From contig NIVC01002257.1 of assembly GCA_002269645.1 (NCBI GenBank), positions 1 to 64,000 of the forward strand: a stretch of DNA of 64,000 bases, read 5' to 3'. The stretch comes from Macrostomum lignano. Its lineage: Eukaryota. The translations under genes and the position numbers were made by a program. The notes beneath the pieces were generated by a model that did not search any database, was not told the DNA's origin, and saw nothing but the letters and a program-made list of their open reading frames with translations. Position 1 is the stretch's first letter. Each line of letters starts with the position of its first letter. Below, piece after piece: positions 22,901 to 33,948 of this stretch.

Positions 22901-25900
22901 GGGGTTTGAAGTGATTGTCAGGGGTTTGAAGTGATTGTCAGGGGTTTGAAGCGATTGTCAAGGGTTTGAAGTGATTGTCAGGGGTTTATAGCGATTGTCA
23001 GGGGTTTGAAGTGATTGTCAGGGGTTTGAAGTGATTGTCAGGGGTTTGAAGCGATTGTCAAGGGTTTGAAGTGATTGTCAGGGGTTTATAGCGATTGTCA
23101 GGGGTTTGAATGCGATTGTCAGGAGTTTGAATGCGATTGTCAGGGGTTTGAAAGCGATTGTCAGAGGTTTGAATGCGATTGTCAGGGGTTTGAATGCGAT
23201 TGTCAGGGGTTTGAAGTGATTGTCAGGGGTTTGAATGCGATTGTCAGGGGTTTGAAGCGATTGTCAGGGGTTTGACGTGATTGTCAGGGGTTTGAAGCGA
23301 TTGTCAGGGGTTTGAATGCGATTGTCAGGAGTTTGAAGCGATTGTCAGGGGTTTGAATGCGATTGTCAGGGGTTTGAAGCGATTGTCAGGGGTTTGAATG
23401 CGATTGTCAGGAGTTTGAAGCGATTGTCAGGGGTTTGAATGCGATTGTCAGGGGTTTGAATGCGATTGTCAGGGGTTTGAAGCGATTGTCAGGGGTTTGA
23501 ATGCGATTGTCAGGGGTTTGAAGCGATTGTCAGGGGTTAGAATGTGATTGTCAGGGGTTTGAATGCGATTGTCAGGGGCGTGTTTAAAGCGATTGTCATG
23601 GGCGGGTTTGAAGCGATTGTCAGGGGTTTGAATGCGATTGTCAGGGGTTTGAAGCGATTGTCAGGGGTTTGAATGCGATTGTCAGGAGTTTGAAGCGATT
23701 GTCAGGGGTTTGAATGCGATTGTCAGGGGTTTGAATGCGATTGTCAGGGGTTTGAAGCGATTGTCAGGGGCGTGTTTAAAGCGATTGTCATGGGCGGGTT
23801 TGAAGCGATTGTCAGGGGTTTGAATGCGATTGTCAGGGGTTTGAAGCGATTGTCAGGGGTTTGAACTGATTGTCAGGGGTTTGAATTCGATTGTCAGGGG
23901 TTTGAATGCGATTGTCAGGGGTTTGAAGCGATTGTCAGGGGTTTGAATGCGATTGTCAGGGGTTTGAAGCGATTGTCAGGGGTTTGAAGCGATTGTCAGA
24001 GGTTTGAATGCGATTGTCAGGGATTTGAATGCGATTGTCAGGGGTTTGAAGCGATTGTCAGGGGTTTGAAGCGATTGTCAGGGGTTTGAAGCGATTGTCA
24101 GGGGTTTGAATGCGATTGTCAGGGGTTTGAAGCGATTGTCAGGGGTTTGAAGCGATTGTCAGGGGTTTGAATGCGATTGTCAGGGGTTTGAAGCGATTGT
24201 CAGAGGCGGGTTGGGATAAGTTTTGGGCGATTTGAAGGGCGATTGGCCGATCCATAAGCTGTAAACATTGTTATTAATAGAAAAGCATCAGAGTCGCTTA
24301 CCAGAGCCTGCACAGCGGTGACCTGCAGTTGAGTAGACAGCTGCTGTTTGTTCATTGGCTGGGACAGATAGGCAGCCAGCTCGGTGCTGAGAATCCGCCT
24401 GGCGCCGCCAGTCGGCAGCTGCTCGCGAATGTACACCACCAACTGGCAGAGCTTCTCGCCCAGCGCTCGAATCTCTTCAATATGCGGCGTCAAATTGGGC
24501 TTGTTGCCTAGCAACCGAAATAGCGCGTCCTTGACGCCGGTCTCGGAAATCTCGGTGGCCGCTTTGGTCACCGTCAGGCCGACCAGGCCGTCCTCATCTT
24601 TGGCGGCTGGCAGGGCGTTGTAGCAGACGGATTTCAGCCGGCAGAACGGGTTTCCCGGCTGGTACTCCACGGGGCCGTGAGAACAGAAACCTTTGCCGGC
24701 GCCCCACTGTGCCTGCGGAGGGGTGCGAGTATGGGGACAACTTCCTGTGGTGGGGATTCTACACATTTTGGTTGTTAATTTTATGCGAATGGCTTGCCAA
24801 TCTAGCTTCCGGTCATTGGGATGCTTTTAAATGTAGCTTCCGGTCATTGGGATGCTTGTCAATCTAGCTTCCGGTCATTGGGATGCTTTTAAATGTAGCT
24901 TCCGGTCATTGGGATGCTTGTAAATCTAGCTTCCGGTTTTTGGGATCCTTGTAAATCTAGCTTCCAATTATTGGGATGTCTGTCAATCTAGCTTCCGGTC
25001 ATTGGGATGTCTGTCAATCTAGCTTCCGGTCATTGGGATGCTTGTCAATCTAGCTTCCGGTCATTGGGATGTCTGCCAATCTAGCTTCCGGTTATTGGGA
25101 TGCTTTTAAATGTAGCTTCCGGTCATTGGGATGTCTGCCAATCTAGCTTCCGGTTATTGGGATGCTTTTAAATGTAGTTTCCGGTCATTGGGATCCTTGT
25201 AAATCTAGCTTCCGGTCATTGGGATGTCTGTCAATCTAGCTTTCGGTCATTGGGATGTATGTCAATCTAGCTTCTGGTCATTGGGATGTCTGTCAATCTA
25301 GCTTCCGGTCACTGGGATGTCTGTCAATCTAGCTTCCAGTTATTGGGAAGCTTGTTAATATAGCTTCAGGTTATTAAGATGAGCTGGAAATTAGCTTCCG
25401 GTCAAAGGGTTCGTCAGACAGTTGGTCAGAATTGTACATCAACTTCCGGTAGCGCAGATAAATCACACACCTGCAGTTGATTCCACCTGGCCAGCACGGA
25501 GTCCCGCTCGTCAGGAAACAGCGCTGGCTGAGTCAGACTAGCAAAGAAAGCCACGCTACTCGCGGCAGAGGCCGCAGCCGACGTAGCAACTCCGGCAGGC
25601 GCCGCCGCAGTCTGGCCAAAGGCGCCAAGCGTGAGCTTACCGGCCGCGCCAAATCCGGCGCCAAATGAGGCGGCGGAAGAGACGGCGGCGCCGGCCGGTT
25701 TGCCAAATCCAAACGGTGCCGAAGTTGCGGCGCTGCCCGCCGGAGCGGGGAACGCGAAACCGGAAGTGGCAGCAGAGGCGGCCGGTGCGGCAAATCCGAA
25801 ACCGGAAGTGGCTGTAGAGGCGGACGGTGCGGCAAATCCAAAACCGGAAGTGGCCGTAGAGGCCGACGGTGCGGCAAATCCAAAACCGGAAGTGGCCGTA

Positions 25901-26253
25901 GAGGCGGCCGGTGCGGCAAATCCGAAACCGGAAGTGGCCGTAGAGGCGGCCGGAGCGGCAAATCCGAAACCGGAAGTGGCCGTAGAGGCGGCCGGAGCGG
26001 CAAATCCAAAACCGGAAGTGGCCGTAGAGGCGGCCGGTGCGGCAAATCCGAAACCGGAAGTGGCAGTCGTGGCGGCAGGTGCGGAAAATCCAAAACCAGA
26101 TGTGGCCGTAGAAGCGGCCGGTGCGGCAAACCCGAAACCGGAAGTGGCCGTGGTGGCAGCGGTTGGGAAGCTGAACGCAGATGTTGTAGCAGCGGCAGGC
26201 GCCGCGCTGGCGCCGAAGTTGAAGGCGGAGCCGCTAGAAGTGCCGCCGAACAT
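19941..26253 (-). CDS. NUP54: Nucleoporin Nup54, about 618 aa; exons 26253-25471, 24712-24302, 20603-19941
   Basis: FG-repeat N-terminus, then DERDSVLARWNQLQ|AQWGAGKG, NPFCRLKSV, KDEDGLV, VWQQARRENPDPESLLPVPLVG and REEQLR match Nup54 family motifs; both introns GT-AG, phase 0. Confidence 0.95.
20640..24200. repeat. 20-21-bp minisatellite (GCGATTGTCAGGGGTTTGAA[T])n filling NUP54 intron 2
   Basis: Direct repetition over ~3.5 kb with a 917-bp higher-order duplication. Confidence 0.98.
24795..25400. repeat. ~31-bp minisatellite (AATCTAGCTTCCGGTCATTGGGATGTCTGTC)n filling NUP54 intron 1
   Basis: About 18 similar tandem copies. Confidence 0.93.
25750..26170 (-). repeat. Coding 42-bp minisatellite encoding (FAAPAASTATSGFG) x9 in NUP54 exon 1
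   Basis: Near-identical DNA units GGAAGTGGCCGTAGAGGCGGCCGGTGCGGCAAATCCGAAACC on the + strand. Confidence 0.95.
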
Positions 26254-27039
26254 GGCCGATAAAAGTTAAATGCGGGTGTCTGAATCGAATCTTTGTCCTT
26301 GATTAACTACTTGGATTAGTTCAAACTGAGGCTGAAATGAAAGGCAATGATGGCATAGTAAAATTAATTTTTTAGCCTATTAGCAAACCTATCAGACTGT
26401 TTACTTTGGCAGAAATGGCTGTATCGTTAGAAAAATGAGATAAAAATAAACGCAAAGTAATGTATAGAAAACAGCGCAGGGTGGTTAAAAATGCCACTTA
26501 GTTATTGCAGATTGCAAATATTTCATTACAAATATTGCAATGAAAATAATGAATTAATTCTTTTTATGACAAGGCCACTCGTAATTTCCTACTTGATACG
26601 CAATTTAAGTAGTTAGTAGGACGAGAAATGTCAGAAATAAAATATGAGATCATGAAAATTGCTAATAATAAACTAGAGATGTCGGCTAAACCGACATGTA
26701 TAGAAACAATTTCAAACAGCGAATAGGCAAGTTCTTTTAATGTAACAAAGAATATTACAAACTAACAAACAAATCGGCAACTTTATTAACTACTTAAAGT
26801 AGGAAAATGACTCAAATATATTGAGATAATTGTAAAAATTGCACCAATGTTTTGAATGACAAAAAGCAAATTTAATGTAAACAATAGACTACAGTAGGCG
26901 ACAAAGAATATACATAAAAATGCTAAGTTACTTTTTTGAAGCTTTCGCAGGCTAATAAAGATTTTGAAATAGAAATGCACACAAAAAGCAAAGTATAATG
27001 CTATAAACTGTTAAAATATTTGGCAAATTAAGCGTAATG

Positions 27040-28325
27040 CTGGAGGATCATCATCCACAGATGAAGCTAGAGAATCATCATCCAGAGATGAAGCTGGAGA
27101 ATCATCATCTAGAGATGAAGCTGGAGGACCATCATCCAGAGATGAAGTTGGAGGATAATTATCCAGGGATGAAGCTGGGGAATCATCATTAAGAGATGAA
27201 GCTGGAGAGCCATTATCCAGAGATGAAGCTGGAGAGCCACTATATGCAGAGATGAAGCTGGAGAGCCACTATCTGCAGAGATGAAGCTGGAGGATCATCA
27301 TCCAGAGATAAAGCTGGAGGACCATCATCCAGAGATGAAGCTGGAGGACCATCATCCAAGATGAAGCTGGAGAATCATCGTCTAGAGATGAAGCTGGAGA
27401 ATCATCATCCAGAGATGAAGCTGGAGAATCATCATCTAGAGATGAAGCTAGAGAATCATCATCCAGAGATGAAGCTAGAGAATCATCATCCAGAGATGAA
27501 GCTGGAGAATCATCATCCAGAGATGAAGCTGGAGAATCATCATCCAGAGATGAAGCTGGAGAATCATCATCCAGAGATGAAGCTGGAGAATCATCATCCA
27601 GAGATGAAGCTGGAGAATCATCATCTAGAGATGAAGCTGGAGAATCATCATCCAGAGATGAAGCTGGAGAATCATCATCCAGAGATGAAGCTAGAGAATC
27701 ATCATCCAGAGATGAAGCTAGAGAATCATCATCCAGAGATGAAGCTGGAGAATCATCATCTAGAGATGAAGCTGGAGAATCATCATCCAGAGATGAAGCT
27801 GGAGAATCATCATCCAGAGATGAAGCTGGAGAATCATCATCTAGAGATGAAGCTGGAGAATCATCATCCAGAGATGAAGCTGGAGAATCATCATCTAGAT
27901 ATGAAGCTGGAGGACCATCATCCAGAGATGAAGCTGGAGGATAATTATCCAGGGATGAAGCTGGGGAATCATCATTAAGAGATGAAGCTGGAGAGCCATT
28001 ATCCAGAGATGAAGCTGGAGAGCCACTATATGCAGAGATGAAGCTGGAGAGCCACTATCTGCAGAGATGAAGCTGGAGGATCATCATCCAGAGATAAAGC
28101 TGGAGGACCATCATCCAGAGATGAAGCTGGAGAATCATCATCTAGAGATGAAGCTGGAGAACCATCATCCAGAGATAAAGCTGGAGGACCATCATCCAAG
28201 ATGAAGCTGGAGAACAATCATCCAGAGATGAAGCTGGAGAACCATCATCCAGAGATAAAGCTGGAGAACCATCATCCAGAGATGAAGCTGGAGGATCATC
28301 ATCCAGAGATGAAGCTGGAGGTGTC
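27040..28325. repeat. 27-bp minisatellite (GAGATGAAGCTGGAGAATCATCATCCA)n between the Rieske gene and NUP54
   Basis: Period 27; a variant cassette occurs twice (~27110-27360 and ~27920-28200). Confidence 0.97.
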
Positions 28326-28421
28326 ATCTAACGGTGACGCAGAAGCAAGAGTCCTGGGGAATGCTATAAAAGTTCCGATTTGACAAAAGGACACAAACAA
28401 AGCGCCAAGGAGGCCGCAGTT

Positions 28422-29682
28422 TTAAAACAATTCTTCAGCCGGAGTATAAGAAAACCAAAGCTTGCTAAGCTGATCGTAGCCGATGTACAGGCGGCCCAGC
28501 TGGTCCCGTTCCACCGGGTACATTCGCAGACGCAAGTCGGTACGAGAACTGGGCGAATGAATCTCGCCATTGGCAAACAGATTAAACGTATAGCCGTGCC
28601 ACGGACAGCGCAGCAGACAGTCGCCATTGTAGTCGTTAACCAGCTGGCCAAAGTTCATCGGCCCGCCGGCGTGGGGACAGCGAAGGTCGCAGGCGAAGGC
28701 CGCATCCCCAATGCGCAGCAAAGCCAGCTCCATGCCGTTCTGGCGCACCGTGTCGCATAGCGGCGGCCTGGCCGACCTATGCCGGGCCAGCGCTGCCATG
28801 GTAACCGGTTTCGGTGCGCTTGACGAGGAAGCTGAGAGACTGGGCGGCAGAGGAGCCCGACCTTCAGGGCTGTCAACAGTGATTACAGTGGGCAGCAGGT
28901 CTTTCAGGTCGTCGAACAGCAAGTCCGGCAGCAGCATGAAGATTCGCTGATTCAGTAGGACCGCCTGCAGTGGGAGAATTGGGGATCAGTTGCAGAATGG
29001 GGACGGGGATCAGTTGCAGGATGGGGATTGGGGATCAGTTGCAGGATAAGGATTGGGGATCAGTTGCAGGATAAGGATTGGGGATCAGTTGCAGGATGGG
29101 GATTGGGGATCAGTTGCAGAATGGGGACGGGGATCAGTTGCAGGATAAGGATTGGGGATCATTTTGCAGGATGGTAAATGGTACCTCGTCAACGCGACAA
29201 TCGCTCAGCGGCCGCTCTACAATGCTCAGCCGTCGCCTCCGCCGCTGCCACCGAGGCGTCCGCATCTGCTGACGCACCAGAAAAGGCGAATAGGCGATGC
29301 CAGGCAAGATTTTCTCGCCGCCAGCGTACGGCGTCAGCTGCGTCAACGGCTGGTAGCGCTCCGGCTCCGGGTGCGCGCGCGGCGCCTCATCGTCATCATA
29401 ATCGTCATCGTCATTGGCGTCGGCCACGGACTCGGCCAGTTGAACTTCGCGCAGAGTCCAGCCGGCGTAGGGCACGAGTTCGCGCGGCCGGCCACTGGCG
29501 GCCGACAGTCCGGCGGCCAAGTCGGCGGCCGAGGCGTCCGCGGCGGCTACGGCGACAGCGGCCGAGCGCTCGGCCAGTAGGTGACGCCGGCGAGCCTCGT
29601 CAGGCGCCGGCAGGCGCACCGGCAGGAGGCGGACGCCGGCGACATCGGCAGCGTAGCCGATGGGCTGCGGATAGGCCGCCAT
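28422..29682 (-). CDS. Rieske [2Fe-2S] domain protein (RFESD-like) with an N-terminal extension, about 346 aa; exons 29682-29185, 28964-28422
   Basis: Rieske ligand motifs CPHAGG and CPWHG; GAG|GTACC donor and CTGCAG|GCG acceptor join the two ORFs in phase 0. Confidence 0.85.
28975..29170. repeat. 24-25-bp minisatellite (GGGGATCAGTTGCAGGATGGGGATT)n filling the Rieske-gene intron
   Basis: About 8 copies between donor and acceptor. Confidence 0.93.
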
Positions 29683-29847
29683 GGCGATGCCCGGCGGGCT
29701 GGGAGAGGGAGACGGGGAGAATTGGCTGGTTCGAATATTCCAGCATCTATGCTGAACTGACACAGTGCGCATGAGGGCGAATGCGCGTAGGCAGTAGCTT
29801 GCAATTTAAAAAAGCGTGCAGTTAAACAAGATGGTAGCTATTTGTAA

Positions 29848-30305
29848 AGGCGCGCAGACAGTAAGCGCGCATAGGTAGAAGCGCGCAGACAGTAAGCGCG
29901 CGCATAGGTAGAAGCGCGCAGACAGTAAGCGCGCAGACAGTAAGCGCGCAGACAGTAAGCGCGCGCATAGGTAGAAGCGCGCAGACAGTAAGCGCGCGCA
30001 TAGGTAGAAGCGCGCAGACAGTAAGCGCGCGCATAGGTAGAAGCGCGCAGACAGTAAGCGCGCGCATAGGTAGAAGCGCGCAGACAGTAAGCGCGCAGAC
30101 AGTAAGCGCGCAGACAGTAAGCGCGCAGACAGTAAGCGCGCGCATAGGTAGATGCGCGCAGACAGTAAGCGCGCGCATAGGTAGAAGCGCGCAGACAGTA
30201 AGCGCGCGCATAGGTAGAAGCGCGCAGACAGTAAGCGCGCGCATAGGTATAAGCGCGCAGACAGTAAGCGCGCATAGGTAGATGCGCGCAGACAGTAAGC
30301 GCGCA
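29848..30305. repeat. Composite minisatellite of GCGCGCAGACAGTAA and GCGCGCGCATAGGTAGAA units
   Basis: Two interleaved units in direct tandem. Confidence 0.95.
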
Positions 30306-30415
30306 TAAGGTTACAAGTAGAAGCGCAGCAATGAAGCGCGCAGGCATAAGGTGCAAAGCATAGCCGAAAGCAACGGTACAAAAAGTGAGTAGCACGTCTC
30401 CCGAAATATATTAGC

Positions 30416-31240
30416 TCACCATTCACGATCGATATCTGGCTTTCTAGACTGAGATTTCCTCTTATTGTTAGTTTTATTGTCAGGGGACTTGACCAGTCTA
30501 GCCCTAGTCGAATAAGCGGCAGTCAGCATCGCCTCGTCGTCTTCATCATCCTCGACTTCAGCTTCCTCTTCTTCTTCTACGCCTTCCAGATGCATCGGCA
30601 TCGACATGAGGTTGGACGAGCCGACGCCAGACAGTGGCAGCTGAGAGGTCAATGGCTGAGCAGCGGCGGCGGGAACAGAAGGAATAGTTTTAGCCGCTTC
30701 AGCGTAGGGCGCCAGCTCGTCAGCGGCCAGCCCGCTAGCCCTGGCCCTGACCAGCTGTTCGATCCGTTCGTCAAGCGCAGCCGTGACCGAGTCCGATTTG
30801 ATTTCTTCATCATCAGCGGACAGCAGGGAGCTGGCGGAGACGGACTGTCGGCAGCCGGGCAGCGGTTCGAGTTTCCACCACCAGTCTGAGCAGCTGGACG
30901 AGTTCAAAGCCGCGTCATCCTGAGATGGAGACGGCTGAGACAGATGCTCCCAGCAGCCGGAATCGACAGTCCTGAGCCGGACAGCGCAGGGTATGGATGT
31001 GACGCAGCCCGAATAAGTTGGCACTCCGGCAAGCGGCTGGTAGGCAACGGCGGCCACAACTGGCGGCGGCTCCGAGTGCCACTGCTTCTTGGCGCCGTCT
31101 ATCGCGCTTAAATCGCTTAGCAGGCGATAGCCGCCAGATCCGGAATGATGATGAGGCGGCTTGACCGGATGCTGATGAGTCAAACCAGACAGATGCGATG
31201 CAGCTTCGCTTGGATTCTTTGCTAAACTGATTGACAGCAT
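30416..31240 (-). CDS. Hypothetical protein, ~274 aa from the first ATG (MLSISLAKNP...), low-complexity with acidic then basic tail
   Basis: Non-repetitive GC-rich ORF between two real genes; TTTGCAG acceptor 7 nt before the ATG; no family recognised; a TG|GTGAG donor overlaps the last codon. Confidence 0.6.
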   Translation of the reverse strand: MLSISLAKNPSEAASHLSGLTHQHPVKPPHHHSGSGGYRLLSDLSAIDGAKKQWHSEPPPVVAAVAYQPLAGVPTYSGCVTSIPCAVRLRTVDSGCWEHLSQPSPSQDDAALNSSSCSDWWWKLEPLPGCRQSVSASSLLSADDEEIKSDSVTAALDERIEQLVRARASGLAADELAPYAEAAKTIPSVPAAAAQPLTSQLPLSGVGSSNLMSMPMHLEGVEEEEEAEVEDDEDDEAMLTAAYSTRARLVKSPDNKTNNKRKSQSRKPDIDREW

Positions 31241-31586
31241 TCTGTTTCTGCAAAGATGCCAAGGGTCAGTTGGAAACTGTTGGTAGTCCAAAGCTGACAG
31301 GGGATGCCGCTATCTTAGGCTGTGTTTTTTGCTTTTAAACATCATTTTCAGTAGGACACTAACAACAGTGACTGCACAAGGCCAAAATTTTTGTTGCCTA
31401 AATAGATAGCTACCAAGTTACTAAATAAATAGAAACTAACAAAATAACAAAAATCATAATACGAAGCCACATAATACAGATATATCATTATAGTTCAGAG
31501 TAATAGTTTGATTATCAACAGACAAAGACATTTACAGCTTTAGATGTTTCATTATAGAAGTTGAAAAAACCACAGCAGCGCATGTA

Positions 31587-33152
31587 TTAAGCCGAAGGAG
31601 CTTTTTTATTAACACTGTGCGTCTGCTGATTCTGTTGCTGAGACTGTTGCTGCTTCTGCTGTTGCGGTTGCTGCTGCGGTTGGAAATGCGGCGAAGGAAA
31701 CAAAGCCGACCATTCCTTGAGCAGGGCGTCAACTCGTTGCCGTTGAAACACGCTGCTCTCCTTCTTGATACCGCCGCCAGTTCCGGTCGCTTTGCCAGCA
31801 GCAGCGGTGGCGGCGGCTGTTGAGGCGCCAGAAGCGGCACCAGAAGAGTCGCCCTGACCGCTGCCAGGCGTGGCCCAGCTGTAGCCTGTGTCCGGATGGT
31901 GCCTAACAATGCTATTTAAGGAGTTGAACGCGCACTGCAAGTGATATGTAGTTGTTAACAGGCGCGAGTTGAACAGGGAACCAAGGTCCGGTGCAGCGTG
32001 CACTACACCGTTGATGATGTAGTACAGAGACTGCGGTATCACCTGCGGGTTTTGTTTGCACCATTTAACCTTCATTTCTTAATCGGCATTACTCACTTAC
32101 CTTCCCTGTAAGGTGAGGGTACGGAGACTTACCTGTACCCTCACCTTCCCAATACCCTCACCTTCCCAATACCCTCACCTTCCCTGTACCCTCACCTTCC
32201 CTGTACCCTCACCTTCCCTGTACCCTCATTTTTCCTACACCCTCACCTTCCCTGTACCCTCATTTTTCCTACACCCTCACCTTCCCTGTACCCTCATTTT
32301 TCCTACACCCTCACCTTCCCTGTACCCTCATTTTCCCTACACCCTCACCTTCCCAATACCCTCACCTTCTCCGTACCTCAGTACCCTCATTTTTCCTACA
32401 CCCTCACCTTCCCTGTACCCTCATTTTTCCTACACCCTCACCTTCCCTGTACCCTCATTTTCCCTACACCCTCACCTTCCCTGTACCCTCATTTTTCCTA
32501 CACCCTCACCTTCCCTGTACCCTCATTTTCCCTACACCCTCACCTTCCCAATACCCTCACCTTCTCCGTACCCTCACTTTCCCAATACCCTCATTTCCCT
32601 AAACCCTCACCTTCCCTACACCCTCACCTTCCCTATACCCTCACCCATATTCCCTTCTCCTTCCCTATACCCTCACCTTCCCTATACCCTCACCCATATT
32701 CCCTATACCTATTCCCTATACCCATACCTTCATTACACCCTTAATTTACACTTTCACATTCCTTATACCCTCATTTTCACTACACTCATCTTAGAATCTC
32801 GGTTTTTCCTCCTGCAGTAGCTGCTATGATTCATTACATAATTTTACAATCCACTAGCTTTTACCTCAGTAGGTGATTTCCGAAACTGCTTGCGTATAAC
32901 AAAGAGTATTGGCTCCTGAAAGCGGAGCAGCACATACTCAACACCTTGCATGCCGAGCAGATGCTCCGGATTAAGCCTCTGCATTCGAATCTGCTCATTA
33001 TTGCAGTGATGATCGTAAAATGGATTTGTACGTTCGCAAAAATAGTCCAATATATTAGCTGGCGTTGGCTGCTGCATGTTCCACCGATTCGCGTCTGACC
33101 AGGTGAGCGACAGCAGCTTGGACCAGGTCGACGCATCCTGCGAGTGCGCCAT
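31587..33152 (-). CDS. MED6: Mediator subunit 6, 247 aa; exons 33152-32865, 32042-31587
   Basis: ILDYFCERTNPFYDHHCNNEQIRMQ, GVEYVL, EPILFVIRKQ, YYIINGVVHAAPDLGSLFNSRL and QRQRVDALL are Med6 hallmarks; phase-0 GT-AG intron. Confidence 0.96.
32130..32780. repeat. 17-bp minisatellite (TACCCTCACCTTCCCTG)n filling the MED6 intron
   Basis: Direct repetition with TACCCTCATTTTTCCTA variants. Confidence 0.93.
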
Positions 33153-33202
33153 CGGGCTCGGGGTTGAAGGATGCTGCAGCGGGGCAGAGGGTGTGCGGGG
33201 TG

Positions 33203-33948
33203 GCTGTGCCTGTGCTAATGACTGAGCTATTCTGCCTCAGTGCCTGTGCTAATGACTGAGCTATCCTGCCTCAGTGCCTGTGCTAATGACTGAGCTATTC
33301 TGCCTCAGTGCCTGTGCTAATGACTGAACTATTCTGCCTCAGTGCCTGTGCTAATGACTGAGCTATTCTGCCTCAGTGCCTGTGCTAATGACTGAGCTAT
33401 TCTGCCTCAGTGCCTGTGCTAATGACTGAGCTATTCTGCCTCAGTGCCTGTGCTAATGACTGAGCTATTCTGCCTCAGTGCCTGTGCTAATGACTGAGCT
33501 ATTCTGCCTCAGTGCCTGTGCTAATGACTGAGCTATTCTGCCTCAGTGCCTGTGCTAATGACTGAGCTATTCTGCCTCAGTGCCTGTGCTAATGACTGAG
33601 CTATTCTGCCTCAGTGCCTGTGCTAATGACTGAGCTATCCTGCCTCAGTGCCTGTGCTAATGACTGAGCTATCCTGCCTCAGTGCCTGTGCTAATGACTG
33701 AGCTATCCTGCCTCAGTGCCTGTGCTAATGACTGAGCTATCCTGCCTCAGTGCCTGTGCTAATGACTGAGCTATTCTGCCTCAGTGCCTGTGCTAATGAC
33801 TGAGCTATCCTGCCTCAGTGCCTGTGCTAATGACTGAGCTATCCTGCCTCAGTGCCTGTGCTAATGACTGAGCTATCCTGCCTCAGTGCCTGTGCTAATG
33901 ACTGAGCTATCCTGCCTCAGTGCCTGTGCTAATGACTGAGCTATCCTG
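33203..33948. repeat. 34-bp minisatellite (GTGCCTGTGCTAATGACTGAGCTATYCTGCCTCA)n between SARS2 and MED6
   Basis: Period 34 (33241 and 33275), about 22 near-perfect copies. Confidence 0.98.

Noticed and set aside
24795-26170. Shared CTTCCGG motif between the NUP54 intron-1 array and the FG repeat
   Set aside because: Only ~8 bp and in opposite orientation; insufficient to claim common origin.
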